Shown piece after piece: positions 18,891-29,574 of a stretch of DNA of 64,000 bases. The position numbers were made by a program, and so were the translations under genes. Within the stretch, counting starts at the first letter, position 1; each line of letters begins with the position of its first letter. Source of the DNA: an uncultured Verrucomicrobiae bacterium (GTDB lineage: Bacteria; Verrucomicrobiota; Verrucomicrobiia; Limisphaerales; Palsa-1400); contig CAVPOM010000005.1 in the NCBI GenBank assembly GCA_963707025.1, positions 64,001 through 128,000 on the forward strand. Reading direction: 5' to 3'. The notes beneath the pieces are model-generated. The model made no database searches, was not told where the DNA came from, and saw only the letters and a list, made by a program, of their open reading frames with translations.

Positions 18891-20687
18891 TCAGGGGGTT
18901 TTGGCGGCGAAGGAGGCTTCGATTTCCTCCAGGGTTTTGCCCTTGGTTTCGGGCAGGAAAAAGGCGGCGGTGACGAAATAAACCACGGTGCAGGCGGCGA
19001 AGCCAAAGAACATGGCGCTGTAGCCGTATTGGCCGACGGTCGGCAGAAAGATGGTGGCGATGGTGGTGGATACCACGCTTTTGAGGAGCAGGGCAATGCT
19101 CATGCCGTTGGAGCGGATGCGCGTGGGCATGAGTTCGGAAAGGGCCAGCCAGACGCACACGCCGGGGCCAACGGCGAAGAAGGCCATGAAACAATAGATG
19201 CAGGCGGCGGTAAGCCAGCCGTTGGCCTCAGTCGGCACGGGTGTCACGAGGGCATTTTGAATCTTGAGCGGCGCAAGCCGGGCCGCGTCGAGACTGGCGA
19301 AGGGGTTATTGAAGAGCGCGGCCACCTTGGTCGCTGGAACGCATTTCTCGCGGTTCATGATCAGTTTCGCGCCGAGGTCGTCGGAACGCACCGTCTTGGT
19401 CGCGGCGGTGAAACCGCCATAAGAGTAAATGACCACCAGGGACTTGGGCTGAAGGAAGCTGGCCCCGACGGTGCCGGCCAGGACTTTGGCGGCGGTGGCC
19501 TCGTTGAAATCAATCACGGCGGTTTGATTGGAGGCCACGACCATGGCCTGCACGGCGTCCTTGACGTCCACGCGCCGGACTTCGGTGCGGCGGAAAATGA
19601 ACCCCGTGGCGAGGAGGGAAACGATCACGCCCGCGCTGCCGAGGGAAAGGAGGAATTTGCGGCCTTTCCGGTCCACCAGGACAATGGCGGCGATGGTCGT
19701 CAGGAAATTGATGACGGTGAGAAGGAAGTAGCCGAGGTGGGCCTGCCGGTCGCTCAGGCCGGCCTGGATGAGAATGGTGGCGTTGTAGGCAATAATCGAA
19801 TTGACGCCGGTGGCCTGATTGCAGGCCGCGATGATGCAGGCCAGGGCGAAAGGTACCAGGTATTTGCGCTGCAGCAGCGGCTCGCGGTTTTTTTGCCTCG
19901 CTCCGGCGCGGGATTTTTCCGCCGCGGCCAGCCGTTCCATTTCCTGATACTCGAGATGGGCCTGCGCCAGCGCGCGCGACCGCAGCAGGGCGCGCAGGGC
20001 GGCCTCCCGCCTGCCACGACGGAACAGCCAGCGCGGGGATTCGGCGATCAGGAAGCTGCCGATGACAAATAAAACCCCCGGCGGCAGCGAGACCCAGAAA
20101 ATGCTGCGCCACGCCCAATCTTGCAGGGCAAACAGTTTGGCCGCGTCACCCAGTTTGGCCACTTCATCCACCCGGGCGCTGAAATAGAGTCCGATGGCCG
20201 CGGCCACGACGAAGCCGAGGGTGAGCAGCCATTGGAAAATCGCGGTGCCTTTGCCGCGATCCGACGCCGCCAGACACTCCGCCAGATAAAGCGGCGCGGC
20301 GACGGCGATCAATCCGCCGCTCAGGCCCTGCAACAACCGTCCGAAAATCAGCGCGCCATAGCCATGAGCCAGCGCGATGACCGGCACACTCACCACAAAG
20401 AGGATTCCACTCAACGTCATCAGGGTCTTGCGCCCGAGCAGATCGGCCAGCGCGCCGGCAAACAAAGTTGAAATCACACCGCCGAGCAAAACGGCGGCCA
20501 CGATAAAGGAGAGCTCTCCCGCGTTCAGGCCGGAAGTGGCTTCCAGATATGGCAGCGCGCCGGAAATGATGCCGACATCCACGCCAAACAGCAGCCCGCC
20601 CAACCCGGCGACCAGGAGCAACAGGCGGTTGTAGCCCTTCTGGCCGCTCTCGGCGGCGCCGGGGAGGCGTTGACCGGCGATGTTCAT
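18891..20687 (-). CDS. Sugar porter family MFS transporter with large loop insertion
   Basis: GGLLFGVDVGIISG, DLLGRK, YLAE, ESPRWL, NQATGVN, DRKGRK, SELMPTRIR, PETKGKTLEEIE. Confidence 0.93.
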   Translation of the reverse strand: MNIAGQRLPGAAESGQKGYNRLLLLVAGLGGLLFGVDVGIISGALPYLEATSGLNAGELSFIVAAVLLGGVISTLFAGALADLLGRKTLMTLSGILFVVSVPVIALAHGYGALIFGRLLQGLSGGLIAVAAPLYLAECLAASDRGKGTAIFQWLLTLGFVVAAAIGLYFSARVDEVAKLGDAAKLFALQDWAWRSIFWVSLPPGVLFVIGSFLIAESPRWLFRRGRREAALRALLRSRALAQAHLEYQEMERLAAAEKSRAGARQKNREPLLQRKYLVPFALACIIAACNQATGVNSIIAYNATILIQAGLSDRQAHLGYFLLTVINFLTTIAAIVLVDRKGRKFLLSLGSAGVIVSLLATGFIFRRTEVRRVDVKDAVQAMVVASNQTAVIDFNEATAAKVLAGTVGASFLQPKSLVVIYSYGGFTAATKTVRSDDLGAKLIMNREKCVPATKVAALFNNPFASLDAARLAPLKIQNALVTPVPTEANGWLTAACIYCFMAFFAVGPGVCVWLALSELMPTRIRSNGMSIALLLKSVVSTTIATIFLPTVGQYGYSAMFFGFAACTVVYFVTAAFFLPETKGKTLEEIEASFAAKTP

Positions 20688-21208
20688 GGAATCATGGTTG
20701 GCTGGGGCTTGATCTGTTTGTGGAAAGCGCGGAGTGTCACCGCCTATTCACGCGCCGGCGCCTGCAAACCGGCTGCTCCTCAAACCGATATGCGCAATCG
20801 CGCCGATAAGAAAGACAAAAATTTCGGCGCCCAAGCCCCATTTGAAAACAAAAAGCCACGCCTGTTTTTTTTTGCGCCGCCTGCGCGAAAGACGCCACGG
20901 GGCCGGGCCGCCTGGTTCCACCTCAACCCGCGGCCGGGGCGTTTTCGGGTTTTGGCATGAAAACGGCTGTAGGTCTAATCCCGGATGTGCATGTGACATG
21001 CTGGCGCAATAGCCGGCGCAAAACTTTGCAGAACATTTATGAAACCTGGCCGGTCAGAACCGTTGGCGCAACGTTGCCCAACCGGAAGACATTGCCCGGG
21101 TGTCACATACATGCAAGCGACCGCGAGATGAATATTTTTGCATTTTCTTCTTGCAAATGCGCTGATTTGTGGTTTTAATAGAATGATCCAAGCCGCAGAA
21201 TAAATGCA

Positions 21209-24200
21209 ATGAAAGGCAGAACCATGATGACATGCATCCGTCGTAAATCGCCCGCCACCCTTCTCTACATCGCGGCCGCAGCCGCGTTGATCTGCACCAG
21301 CGCCAAGGCCTCATCTTACGCCTCGGCTGTGACCAACAACAACGGCACCATTCAGTTCATTCTGAATCAAACGGCCGATTCCAACGGGGTGTACGTTCTC
21401 TTCGACAACGGCACGGTCAGCAACCTGTTGGCCGGCCAGACGAACGTGGGCTTGCAGACGTTTCCTCTGGGCAGCCACACCAACTTCGCCATCTACGTCA
21501 TCACCACCGGCAACGGCGCCCCGGCCCAGATCAGTTCTGACACCAACGCCAACTCCAGCTACCCTTCCCCGCGCGGCGTCGCATCGCAAATCAATCCGAA
21601 AATCGGCCCCGAGTTCGGCCGCATTTACGTGGCCAACAGCACCGATACCGCCGCCGCCAAAGGCATTTATATGATGAACGCGGATGGAAGCTCATCGGCG
21701 CTGGGCCACGGGCCGTTCACGACCGGAGTGTGGACTATGGCGAGCACCTCCAGTCCCTACCGTATGAGAGTGGCGGACGATGGCACCCTTTACGTGGGCG
21801 ACTTTTCCACGGCCGACGCGATGGTCTGGCAATTCGACCCCAATCTCAACCTGTTCACCAATCAGGTGCTGAGCGTTGTCGGTGAAAACCAGGGAATCGC
21901 GGCTGGAATCCACGGGGATTTCCTTGGCGAACCCGTGGCCGTCGGCAGTGTCGCGAAGGGGAATCTGGTGCTCTATACCGCTGACCCGGGGATGGCGGCG
22001 GCCACGCTGGCGACGAACGGCAGCGGCGGTGCGGGTCAGACGCTCGGGTTTCGCACCACGGCCGGCACGTATAATAACGTCTATCGTTACACCATTGGCG
22101 GGGACGCGTTGCCCTATCCCAACGCGCCTGATCTGGCCATCGGGATGGGATTGGGCAGCATCCCCGAGTTGACCATTGATGTCGCCGTCCACGAGCAAAC
22201 CGGGAATATCTACGGAATGTTCTACCGCGACAATTTTGCGGCCCCCTGCCTCCAGGTTTTTGATCCGACCGGAACCACCCGGCTTTTCACCTCCCTGCCT
22301 GACACCCTGGTCAATGTGGGGCCCGATCCGGTGCGAGATGCCTACGCCATCAGCATTTCGCCCGACGGCCTGTATGTGGGAATCATGAGCGTCTTCGACC
22401 CGATTTATGTGATGAGTATTACCAACGGCGTGCCCGACATCAGTTCCTTGGTGACCATCCCCAACACGCCCAACGTGGCCAACGGTCGCGGGATATGCTG
22501 GGACGCGGCGGATAACGTTTATACTGTCAGCTCCGGTCAGGCTTTGCTGCGCGTTTTTTCCTTGGGCAACAGCACCGTCGCCGTTACCAGCAACGACTTC
22601 ACAGGCACGAACGGAGGCTTCCAATTGGAGCTTCCGCCCATCCACGCCAATGTGCTCGCGACCACGCCGCTGGCCTCGCAGAATTACGGCACGCCGATTC
22701 CCGGCGTCTTCACCATCACCCTGAACACGAACATCCTGACCAGCCCGCTGGTGGTCAATTTCGTGCTCGGCGGCACCGCCACCAATGGCACCTATATTTC
22801 CAGCGCGACCAACACCGTGACCTTCCCCGCCGGAACGTCGCCTTCCGGCAATTGGTCCACCAATATCCTGATCACGCCGACGGCCGTGCCGGTCACCGGT
22901 CCGGTCACCACCGTCACCTGCAACGTGACCGGCGGCTCGGCTTATTTGGCCGTTCCGCTGTTGATTGATACGGTGACGATTGCCAACACCGGCCCGCAGT
23001 CCTTCAGCATCAGCTCGGTGCCCCTCCAGTCACCCCCGATCATGTCCGTCAGTGGTTCCACCAACTCGTCCCTTTACCGTGGGATTCCGAACGATTTTGT
23101 GCCGCTTCTCATCACCCGCCTGGGGGACACCAATGGACCGCTGCAAGGTTCACCGACCTCGTTGACCATCACCAACTTCGTTTACGGTGGCACGGCCGTG
23201 TTTGGCACGGACTACAAGGCCGGCGTTCAGAGCGGCATAACCCCGGTCAACGGCAGCGGCTCGGTCACCTTTAATCCCGGTGACATCGTCAAACAGGTGA
23301 TCATTGGCAACCCGGTGCCGACGCCTTACGCAGCGCCTGCGGTTGGCGACAAAACCATCACCGTTGGCCTGGGCTCCGGAGCGCCCTCCCAAGAGGGTTA
23401 CACTTATTCGGTGACGGGTGGGCCGGCCAGCTTCGTCGAGTTGGACAATTCCTTTGGAAAGGAGGTTGTGCTCTGGTCCGACCCGCTGACCAACGCTCTT
23501 TCCAGCACGAACTGGACGTTGACCTTCGCCAGCAGCAATCTGGGCAGCACCACGGTAAACCCCGTGATCTACACCAATTACAATAACGTCTCCCCGGCTT
23601 CCAGCAGTTACTCGACTGACGGCACCGGCACCAACGACTTCGACGTTGATTTCGGCTACCTGGTGGCCAACGACCTGGTTGGCCCATCCCTGGCCATGAC
23701 GGCCAATGGCTGGAGCAACGCGTTGAAGATGACCGTCAACAAGGACGGGTTGAATAGTATCTTCTCCGCAACGGGAGCGTCCGCGGGAGTCAACGTCTAT
23801 CCCCAAGGGCTGCTGTTCGCGGGGAATTACGCCTTGCGGTTCAACATGATGCTGGTCGAGGGCACCTTCAACGGCAGTTCCAGCTCGGAATTCGCCCTGT
23901 TCGGCATCAACCATTATGGGACCAACTGCAACTGGATCGGCGCCGATGTCACCCACGGCAGCGGCACCACCAACGCCGATGGAAGCTGGGCGGCGGTGGG
24001 CGCCGATCAGGGGGCCGCTCCCGGAGGCACCCCGGCCGACCTGGCCCTCTACACCGGCCTGCACGCCCTGCCCGATACCGGCTGGATTGAAACGGTCAGC
24101 GCCGTCGAAAACACCTTCTCCAATGTGTACAGGCATAATTCGCCCTTTACCGCCAGCGGCATCGGCAGCCCGGCCAATCTGGGCAGCCAGCCCGCCAACA

Positions 24201-25165
24201 CCTGGGTGGATGTTGAAATGAAGCAATATCAAGGATCCTTCACCTTATCCATTGACAAGTCCATTGTGTTGACCTTCGCCAATACCAACGTCTTCACCAA
24301 CGGCACCATCATGCTGGGCTATGACGACCCCTTCGCCAACGAGGGCGATGTCGGCGCCGCCTATTATTCCAATCTTCGCGTCGTTGAGCTCGCCCCGGCT
24401 ATCACCAACGGTCCCAAAAGCGTGGTCCTCAATCCGGGCGGCACCGCCACCTTTAGCGTTGGGGCCGTTGGCACGCCGCCGTTTACCAATCAGTTGTATG
24501 CCTCCAACGGGCCGGTGGCCATCGGCAGCCCGGTGGTGGTGGCGACCGCGACGGACAGCGCCTCCTTCAGCATCGCCAGCGTCACCCCCGCCAATGCCAC
24601 CAATTATTATGTGGTGGTGAGCGATGTGGCCGGTTCCATCACCAGCGCGGTGGCGACCATTACCGTGGTGACCCCGCCGCCCAGCATCACCAACAACCAG
24701 GATGCGAATGTTTCCTTCACGGTGGGCCTGGCGGGACCGGGCACGGCCGGCCTGCTTTATCATTGGAGCACCAACGGAGTCAACCTGGTCAACAGCACGC
24801 ACATTGCCGGCGCCACCGCCAACCCGCTGACCTTGACCAACATCCAGCCGGCCGACGCCAACACTTACACCATCGTGGTGAGCAACACCTTCGGCTCCGC
24901 GGCGACGAACTCGGCGACCTTGACGGTAATCATCCCGACGCAGCCGACGTTCACGGGCATCACCTATGTCCAAACCAACGCGAACTTGCAATTCACCAGC
25001 ACGGACATTTATGACACAACGAATTCCTTCACTTTGCAAAGCTCGACCGTGGTGACCGGACCCTACACCAATACGCCCGCCACGGTGACATTCAGCGGCG
25101 GAGTTTTCCAGATTGTATTGCCACAAACCAATGCGACAAAGTTTTACCGGTTGCTGCACAAATGA
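21209..25165 (+). CDS. Large secreted/surface protein (propeller-like N-terminus, Calx-beta-like and Ig-like domains, C-terminal KFYRL domain)
   Basis: Signal peptide ending AKA. T/N/S/G-rich beta composition. Ig motifs ATFSVGAVGTPP, YYVVVS, YHW..YTIVVSN.FGS. Ends LQSSTVVTGPYT..TKFYRLLHK. Confidence 0.85.
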   Translation: MKGRTMMTCIRRKSPATLLYIAAAAALICTSAKASSYASAVTNNNGTIQFILNQTADSNGVYVLFDNGTVSNLLAGQTNVGLQTFPLGSHTNFAIYVITTGNGAPAQISSDTNANSSYPSPRGVASQINPKIGPEFGRIYVANSTDTAAAKGIYMMNADGSSSALGHGPFTTGVWTMASTSSPYRMRVADDGTLYVGDFSTADAMVWQFDPNLNLFTNQVLSVVGENQGIAAGIHGDFLGEPVAVGSVAKGNLVLYTADPGMAAATLATNGSGGAGQTLGFRTTAGTYNNVYRYTIGGDALPYPNAPDLAIGMGLGSIPELTIDVAVHEQTGNIYGMFYRDNFAAPCLQVFDPTGTTRLFTSLPDTLVNVGPDPVRDAYAISISPDGLYVGIMSVFDPIYVMSITNGVPDISSLVTIPNTPNVANGRGICWDAADNVYTVSSGQALLRVFSLGNSTVAVTSNDFTGTNGGFQLELPPIHANVLATTPLASQNYGTPIPGVFTITLNTNILTSPLVVNFVLGGTATNGTYISSATNTVTFPAGTSPSGNWSTNILITPTAVPVTGPVTTVTCNVTGGSAYLAVPLLIDTVTIANTGPQSFSISSVPLQSPPIMSVSGSTNSSLYRGIPNDFVPLLITRLGDTNGPLQGSPTSLTITNFVYGGTAVFGTDYKAGVQSGITPVNGSGSVTFNPGDIVKQVIIGNPVPTPYAAPAVGDKTITVGLGSGAPSQEGYTYSVTGGPASFVELDNSFGKEVVLWSDPLTNALSSTNWTLTFASSNLGSTTVNPVIYTNYNNVSPASSSYSTDGTGTNDFDVDFGYLVANDLVGPSLAMTANGWSNALKMTVNKDGLNSIFSATGASAGVNVYPQGLLFAGNYALRFNMMLVEGTFNGSSSSEFALFGINHYGTNCNWIGADVTHGSGTTNADGSWAAVGADQGAAPGGTPADLALYTGLHALPDTGWIETVSAVENTFSNVYRHNSPFTASGIGSPANLGSQPANTWVDVEMKQYQGSFTLSIDKSIVLTFANTNVFTNGTIMLGYDDPFANEGDVGAAYYSNLRVVELAPAITNGPKSVVLNPGGTATFSVGAVGTPPFTNQLYASNGPVAIGSPVVVATATDSASFSIASVTPANATNYYVVVSDVAGSITSAVATITVVTPPPSITNNQDANVSFTVGLAGPGTAGLLYHWSTNGVNLVNSTHIAGATANPLTLTNIQPADANTYTIVVSNTFGSAATNSATLTVIIPTQPTFTGITYVQTNANLQFTSTDIYDTTNSFTLQSSTVVTGPYTNTPATVTFSGGVFQIVLPQTNATKFYRLLHK

Positions 25166-25257
25166 AGGTGATCGCAACACACTTCGCCTCCTCATTTGGC
25201 TGCCCGCTTTCCGGCGGACGCCCCGCGGCGAAAGCGGATGGCCTGCTTCAGTCTTGC

Positions 25258-25297
25258 GTGGCAGGGGCGGGTCCCGAGTTTATCGAGACCCGCCGCG
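25258..25297 (+). repeat. Partial copy of the about 110-bp REP-like element
   Basis: gtggcaggggcgggtcccgagtttatcgagacccgccgc. Confidence 0.6.
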
Positions 25298-25393
25298 CGA
25301 TCTCAGGGCGGCATCAGCTGACGCATTTCATGGCGGGAACGATTGTGCTGGTGTTTTTATCAAAAATGTGGCAGATTACAAAGTATTATTGAA

Positions 25394-26278
25394 ATGAGAA
25401 GTGCCACGAATAGTTTACCGGGCTCAACCGTGAACCATTCCCGGTCCGGAGGCCCTGCCTTCACTCTCATCGAGTTGCTCGTCGTCATCGCCATCATCGC
25501 CATTCTCGCCGCGCTTTTGCTCCCGGCCTTGGCCAGGGCCAAGATTCACGCTCAGGCGGCCAATTGTCTGGCCAACAAGAAGCAGATGAGCTTGGGCTGG
25601 CACATGTACTCCGACGACTACAATGATGTGATGGTGCCCAATTCTCCCTTGGGCGCCTCGGATACCGGCGAAATTTGGTGCCCGGGCGATATAGGAGAAA
25701 ACTGGACCACCTCAACCGAGAATACCAACGTCGCCTTATACAGAAGTTGCCTGCTCGCCCCTTACCTCATCAACCAGGTCAATGTTTACCAATGCCCGGG
25801 CGATATGATTCCTTCTCAAAATGGAGTCCGGATTAGGTCTGTTTCCATGAACAGCCAGATGGGCATGATTTACATGAGCCAAGGTGTGATTGACAACCAT
25901 AATGCGCTTACCTGGATATATAACCCCGGCTGGGCCTTGATCAGTAAGCTGACAGACCTTAGTGTTCTGTCTGCCGCCAATGCGTGGATTTTCGCCGATG
26001 AGGCGATGTACAGTCTGAACGACGCCTATTTGCAGATGCAATGCAGCCAGCCTCTTTATCCGGATGTTCCCGCCAATTATCACGGCCAAGTCGGCTCTTT
26101 TGCCTTTGCCGACGGCCATGCGGAACTGCACAAGTGGCTGCACGCAACCCTCCAGAACATTCCCTATAATTACGGGGTCACCGAGGAAACTACGGGTATG
26201 ACCGGAGGCGTCCCCACTTCCGGGACTGACCCGGACTGGAAGTGGCTGGTCAGCAAAACGTCCTTCAAAGTCCAATAA
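25394..26278 (+). CDS. Prepilin-type N-terminal cleavage/methylation protein with H-X9-DG motif
   Basis: [53 protein letters not shown]. Confidence 0.92.
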   Translation: MRSATNSLPGSTVNHSRSGGPAFTLIELLVVIAIIAILAALLLPALARAKIHAQAANCLANKKQMSLGWHMYSDDYNDVMVPNSPLGASDTGEIWCPGDIGENWTTSTENTNVALYRSCLLAPYLINQVNVYQCPGDMIPSQNGVRIRSVSMNSQMGMIYMSQGVIDNHNALTWIYNPGWALISKLTDLSVLSAANAWIFADEAMYSLNDAYLQMQCSQPLYPDVPANYHGQVGSFAFADGHAELHKWLHATLQNIPYNYGVTEETTGMTGGVPTSGTDPDWKWLVSKTSFKVQ

Positions 26279-26353
26279 CTTTGCCAGTAGGTACATCAGT
26301 GCTGGATCGCAGAGCGGGCAGTCCCCTGCCCGCCGCACGACGATGGTGCGACG

Positions 26354-27409
26354 TTGAGTCCCCGGCCAATTCCCGATGGCGGACAGCGGAGTGCCATTAG
26401 TTTTCTTTTCGCCTTTCTCCTGCTATCGCTCCTCACCGCCTGTCAGATCGCGCCCCGTCCCGGCACTCCCGCCCCGCGCCGCGGCGATGAAATCGTGGCC
26501 GCCGGCCGGTTCTTCCACACCGGAACCCCGGTGGTTCTTTGGATGGACCCGGGCGGCTACGATGCCTACCGCGTCGAGCGGCGGTTCAGTCCGGTGGAGA
26601 AATCCGGCTGGGAGGATTCCAAGGCGGAAATCAACGCGCTGCGCACCCCCAACCGCTACGGCTCCCGCACAAAAGGTCTGACGCCGGAGCAGGTGGAGCG
26701 CGTCCGCGGCGGCGGCTGGGATTTGCCGTTGCTCCAACAGGTCGTGGATCAATTTGTCATTCACTTCGACGAATGCGGCACCAGCCGCGAATGCTTCCGC
26801 ATCTTGCAGGACAACCGCGACCTGAGCGTGCATTTCATGCTCGATGTGGACGGGACGATTTACCAGACGCTGGACCTCAAGGAACGCGCCTGGCACGCCA
26901 CCATTGCCAACGACCGGTCCATCGGCGTGGAAGTGGCCAACATCGGCTGCTATCGGGCCGACGGAAGAAATCCGCTGGCCGATTGGTATAGAACCACCAA
27001 TGGCCAAACGACGCTGATCTTTCCCGGCCGGCTCGGTCCGTCGCCGGTTCGCGTGCCAGGATTTGTCGGGCATCCGGCCAGACCGGACTTGGTTCAGGGC
27101 GTCATCCAGGGCGAGTCCCTCGTCCAGTACGATTTTACCCCGCAACAATACGCGGCGTTGACCAAGCTGACCGCCACGCTGTGCCGGGTGTTCCCGAAGA
27201 TCCGCTGTGACTACCCCAAAGACCGGGGTGCCAAGTTGATTCCCAAAAAACTGCCGGATGAAATGCTCAAGGACTATCACGGCCTGCTCGGCCATTACCA
27301 CATTCAGACCAACAAAACCGACCCCGGCCCGGCCTTTCAGTGGGACTTGGTGGTGGGCGGCGCGCGCCGGTTGCTGCAGGAAATCAAGCCGCCGCGAATG
27401 ATGCCCTGA
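26354..27409 (+). CDS. N-acetylmuramoyl-L-alanine amidase (Amidase_2, AmpD/AmiD-like) lipoprotein
   Basis: Lipobox LTAC, VIHFD, SVHF, AWHA, SIGVE, GHYH..KTDPGP. Confidence 0.9.
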   Translation: MSPRPIPDGGQRSAISFLFAFLLLSLLTACQIAPRPGTPAPRRGDEIVAAGRFFHTGTPVVLWMDPGGYDAYRVERRFSPVEKSGWEDSKAEINALRTPNRYGSRTKGLTPEQVERVRGGGWDLPLLQQVVDQFVIHFDECGTSRECFRILQDNRDLSVHFMLDVDGTIYQTLDLKERAWHATIANDRSIGVEVANIGCYRADGRNPLADWYRTTNGQTTLIFPGRLGPSPVRVPGFVGHPARPDLVQGVIQGESLVQYDFTPQQYAALTKLTATLCRVFPKIRCDYPKDRGAKLIPKKLPDEMLKDYHGLLGHYHIQTNKTDPGPAFQWDLVVGGARRLLQEIKPPRMMP

Positions 27410-27451
27410 ATCGCCGGTGGATTTGGCTCGCGCGCAACCCGCGCGCCGGCT

Positions 27452-28432
27452 ATGCATGCGGCCGTGCGCCATCGCAGCCTGTTGATCAAGCCTCCGCGTT
27501 TGCGGTTCGGGGATGTGGTTGGCCTGGTCGCACCCGGCAGCCCGCCCCGGGATCCGGGAGCGGTGGCCCGCGCCCTCGCCGCCCTGGCAAAACTCGGTTT
27601 CCATCCCAGGCCCGCCCACAACGCGCGCCGGCGTCTGGGATTTCTGGCCGGCAGCGACGCCGAGCGCGCCTCGGACCTCATGGAGATGTTTTCAGACCGG
27701 GAGGTCAAAGCCATCTTCTGCCTCCGTGGCGGTTACGGCGCGGGACGATTGCTGCCTCTGCTCGATTATGCATGGATCCAGAGGCATCCCAAGGTCTTTG
27801 TCGGTTACAGCGACATCACCGCGCTGCACTGCGCACTGCTCACCCAAGCCGGCCTGGTTTCCTTCCATGGCCCGATGATGATTGACGGACTGGGCGGCAG
27901 GCGCGCGCCCGCCTTCGCGCGCCAATCCTTGCTTCGCCTTATCATGGAACCGTCGCCCGCAGGGAGCATCCGTGAAAATTACCGCGGCAAAACTGTCCGC
28001 ATTTTGAAGCGTGGCCGCGCGGAAGGCGCCTTGATCGGCGGGAACCTCTCGCTGTTGTGCGCAACCTTGGGGACGCCCTTTCAGCCGGACTTCCGCGATG
28101 CCATCCTTTTCTTTGAAGACATCAGGGAGGAGCCGTATCGCATGGACCGGATGCTGACGCACCTGCTCAATGCCGGTTTGCTGCAACGGGTCGCTGGCGT
28201 GGCGGCGGGCATCCAAGCGGGCGGTCAAAAGGAACCATCGAAAAGACGCGGGGAATACCGGCAATCCATGGAGGATGTACTGGAGGAGCGGCTGGGCCTG
28301 CTGAAGGTACCGGTGGTCGTCGGGCTGCCCTTCGGCCATGTTCCTCTGAACGCAACCTTGCCGGTTGGCCTGAAGGCCACGCTCGACGCGGACGGTGGCG
28401 ACCTCCTCATCAACGAGCCGGCGGTGCGGTGA
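27452..28432 (+). CDS. ldcA: LD-carboxypeptidase (peptidase S66)
   Basis: RGGYG, GYSDIT, HGPM, GGNL, EDIREEPY, FGH. Confidence 0.92.
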   Translation: MHAAVRHRSLLIKPPRLRFGDVVGLVAPGSPPRDPGAVARALAALAKLGFHPRPAHNARRRLGFLAGSDAERASDLMEMFSDREVKAIFCLRGGYGAGRLLPLLDYAWIQRHPKVFVGYSDITALHCALLTQAGLVSFHGPMMIDGLGGRRAPAFARQSLLRLIMEPSPAGSIRENYRGKTVRILKRGRAEGALIGGNLSLLCATLGTPFQPDFRDAILFFEDIREEPYRMDRMLTHLLNAGLLQRVAGVAAGIQAGGQKEPSKRRGEYRQSMEDVLEERLGLLKVPVVVGLPFGHVPLNATLPVGLKATLDADGGDLLINEPAVR

Positions 28433-28435
28433 GGT

Positions 28436-29476
28436 TCACCCTCTGGGCCGGACGCGCAGGCCGGTTTTTTCCGGCGCGCTGGCAAAGGAGAGAATCCCTT
28501 TTTCCGTAATGACTCCGGCGTAAGGATCGTTGGTGATGAGCAGGTTGCCGTCCAGGTCCAGATTGTCCGCCAGGTTGGCGAGGTGGGCGCCAGCGCTGGT
28601 CAGGACGCTGGTTTCGATCATGCTGCCGATCATGGTTTTGAGGCCGGACTGGCGTGCGGCCAGGAGGGCCTCCTGGGCGGCGCTGATGCCGCCGGTTTTG
28701 ACCAGTTTGACGTTGACGCCGTGAAAACATTCGGCGCAGTGGCCGGCATCGCGGGCGGTGTGATACGATTCGTCGGCGAACAAAGGAAGTGGCGAACGAG
28801 CCTTCAGCCAGATGAGGTCGCGCGCCGGGGTCTGATGCGGCATGGGTTGCTCGACGAATTGAATCCGTCCATCCTTGGCCAGCCACTCGATCATTTCCAG
28901 GGCTTGTTCCTTGGTTGGCCAGCCTTCGTTGGCATCCACGCGCACGGGTTTGGCGGGCGCGACTCCTCTCAAGGCAGCCAGGTTTTGACGGTCGCCCGCG
29001 TCACCCACCTTGAGTTTGAGCACGGGGTGGTTTGCGGCCTCAATGACTTTTTGGCGGATGATTTCAGGCGTGTCCAGGCCGATGGTCAGGGAGGTGACGT
29101 GATGCTGTTCGCGAAAGCCCAGGCCGAGGAAATCGTACACCGGCTGGCCGGCGCGCTGCGCGGCCGCGTCCACCAAGGCGATGTTCAAGGCACACTTGGC
29201 GGCCATCTCTTTGGGCCCGATGGCTTCCAGGCGGCGCATGCTGCCGGGGATGTCGGCGAAGGAAAGTTTGTCGGGATCCACTTTTTCGAGAAAGGCGGTG
29301 GCGCTGGCGGCGGATTCACCGTAAGTGCTCGCGGGCGCGGCTTCGCCAAGGCCGGCGACACCGTCTGCATCGGTCAGTTGCACCAGCACATTGTGGCGGA
29401 GGTTGGAGCCTGGGCGGCCCGAGATGGCCCAGCGGTGGGCCAGGAACAAATCACATGTCCAGAACTTGAGTTTCAC
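28436..29476 (-). CDS. L-Ala-D/L-Glu dipeptide epimerase (enolase superfamily, YcjG/YkfB-like)
   Basis: KLK, RVDANEGW, EQP, DES, NVK and DLD motifs. Confidence 0.9.
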   Translation of the reverse strand: MKLKFWTCDLFLAHRWAISGRPGSNLRHNVLVQLTDADGVAGLGEAAPASTYGESAASATAFLEKVDPDKLSFADIPGSMRRLEAIGPKEMAAKCALNIALVDAAAQRAGQPVYDFLGLGFREQHHVTSLTIGLDTPEIIRQKVIEAANHPVLKLKVGDAGDRQNLAALRGVAPAKPVRVDANEGWPTKEQALEMIEWLAKDGRIQFVEQPMPHQTPARDLIWLKARSPLPLFADESYHTARDAGHCAECFHGVNVKLVKTGGISAAQEALLAARQSGLKTMIGSMIETSVLTSAGAHLANLADNLDLDGNLLITNDPYAGVITEKGILSFASAPEKTGLRVRPRG

Positions 29477-29574
29477 CCGGCCAGTAAGAGGCTAAAACCG
29501 CCGGGAAAGCAATCCTTTTGACTGCGCCGTCCAGCCGCCCCTCCGCGCCCCGGGCGGGCGGCGGGGCGTTTTCC

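Noticed and set aside
21068..21077. Palindrome gcaacgttgc as a LacI-type operator between the sugar porter and the exoprotein
   Set aside because: A single 10-bp palindrome with no regulator nearby, so it could be chance.
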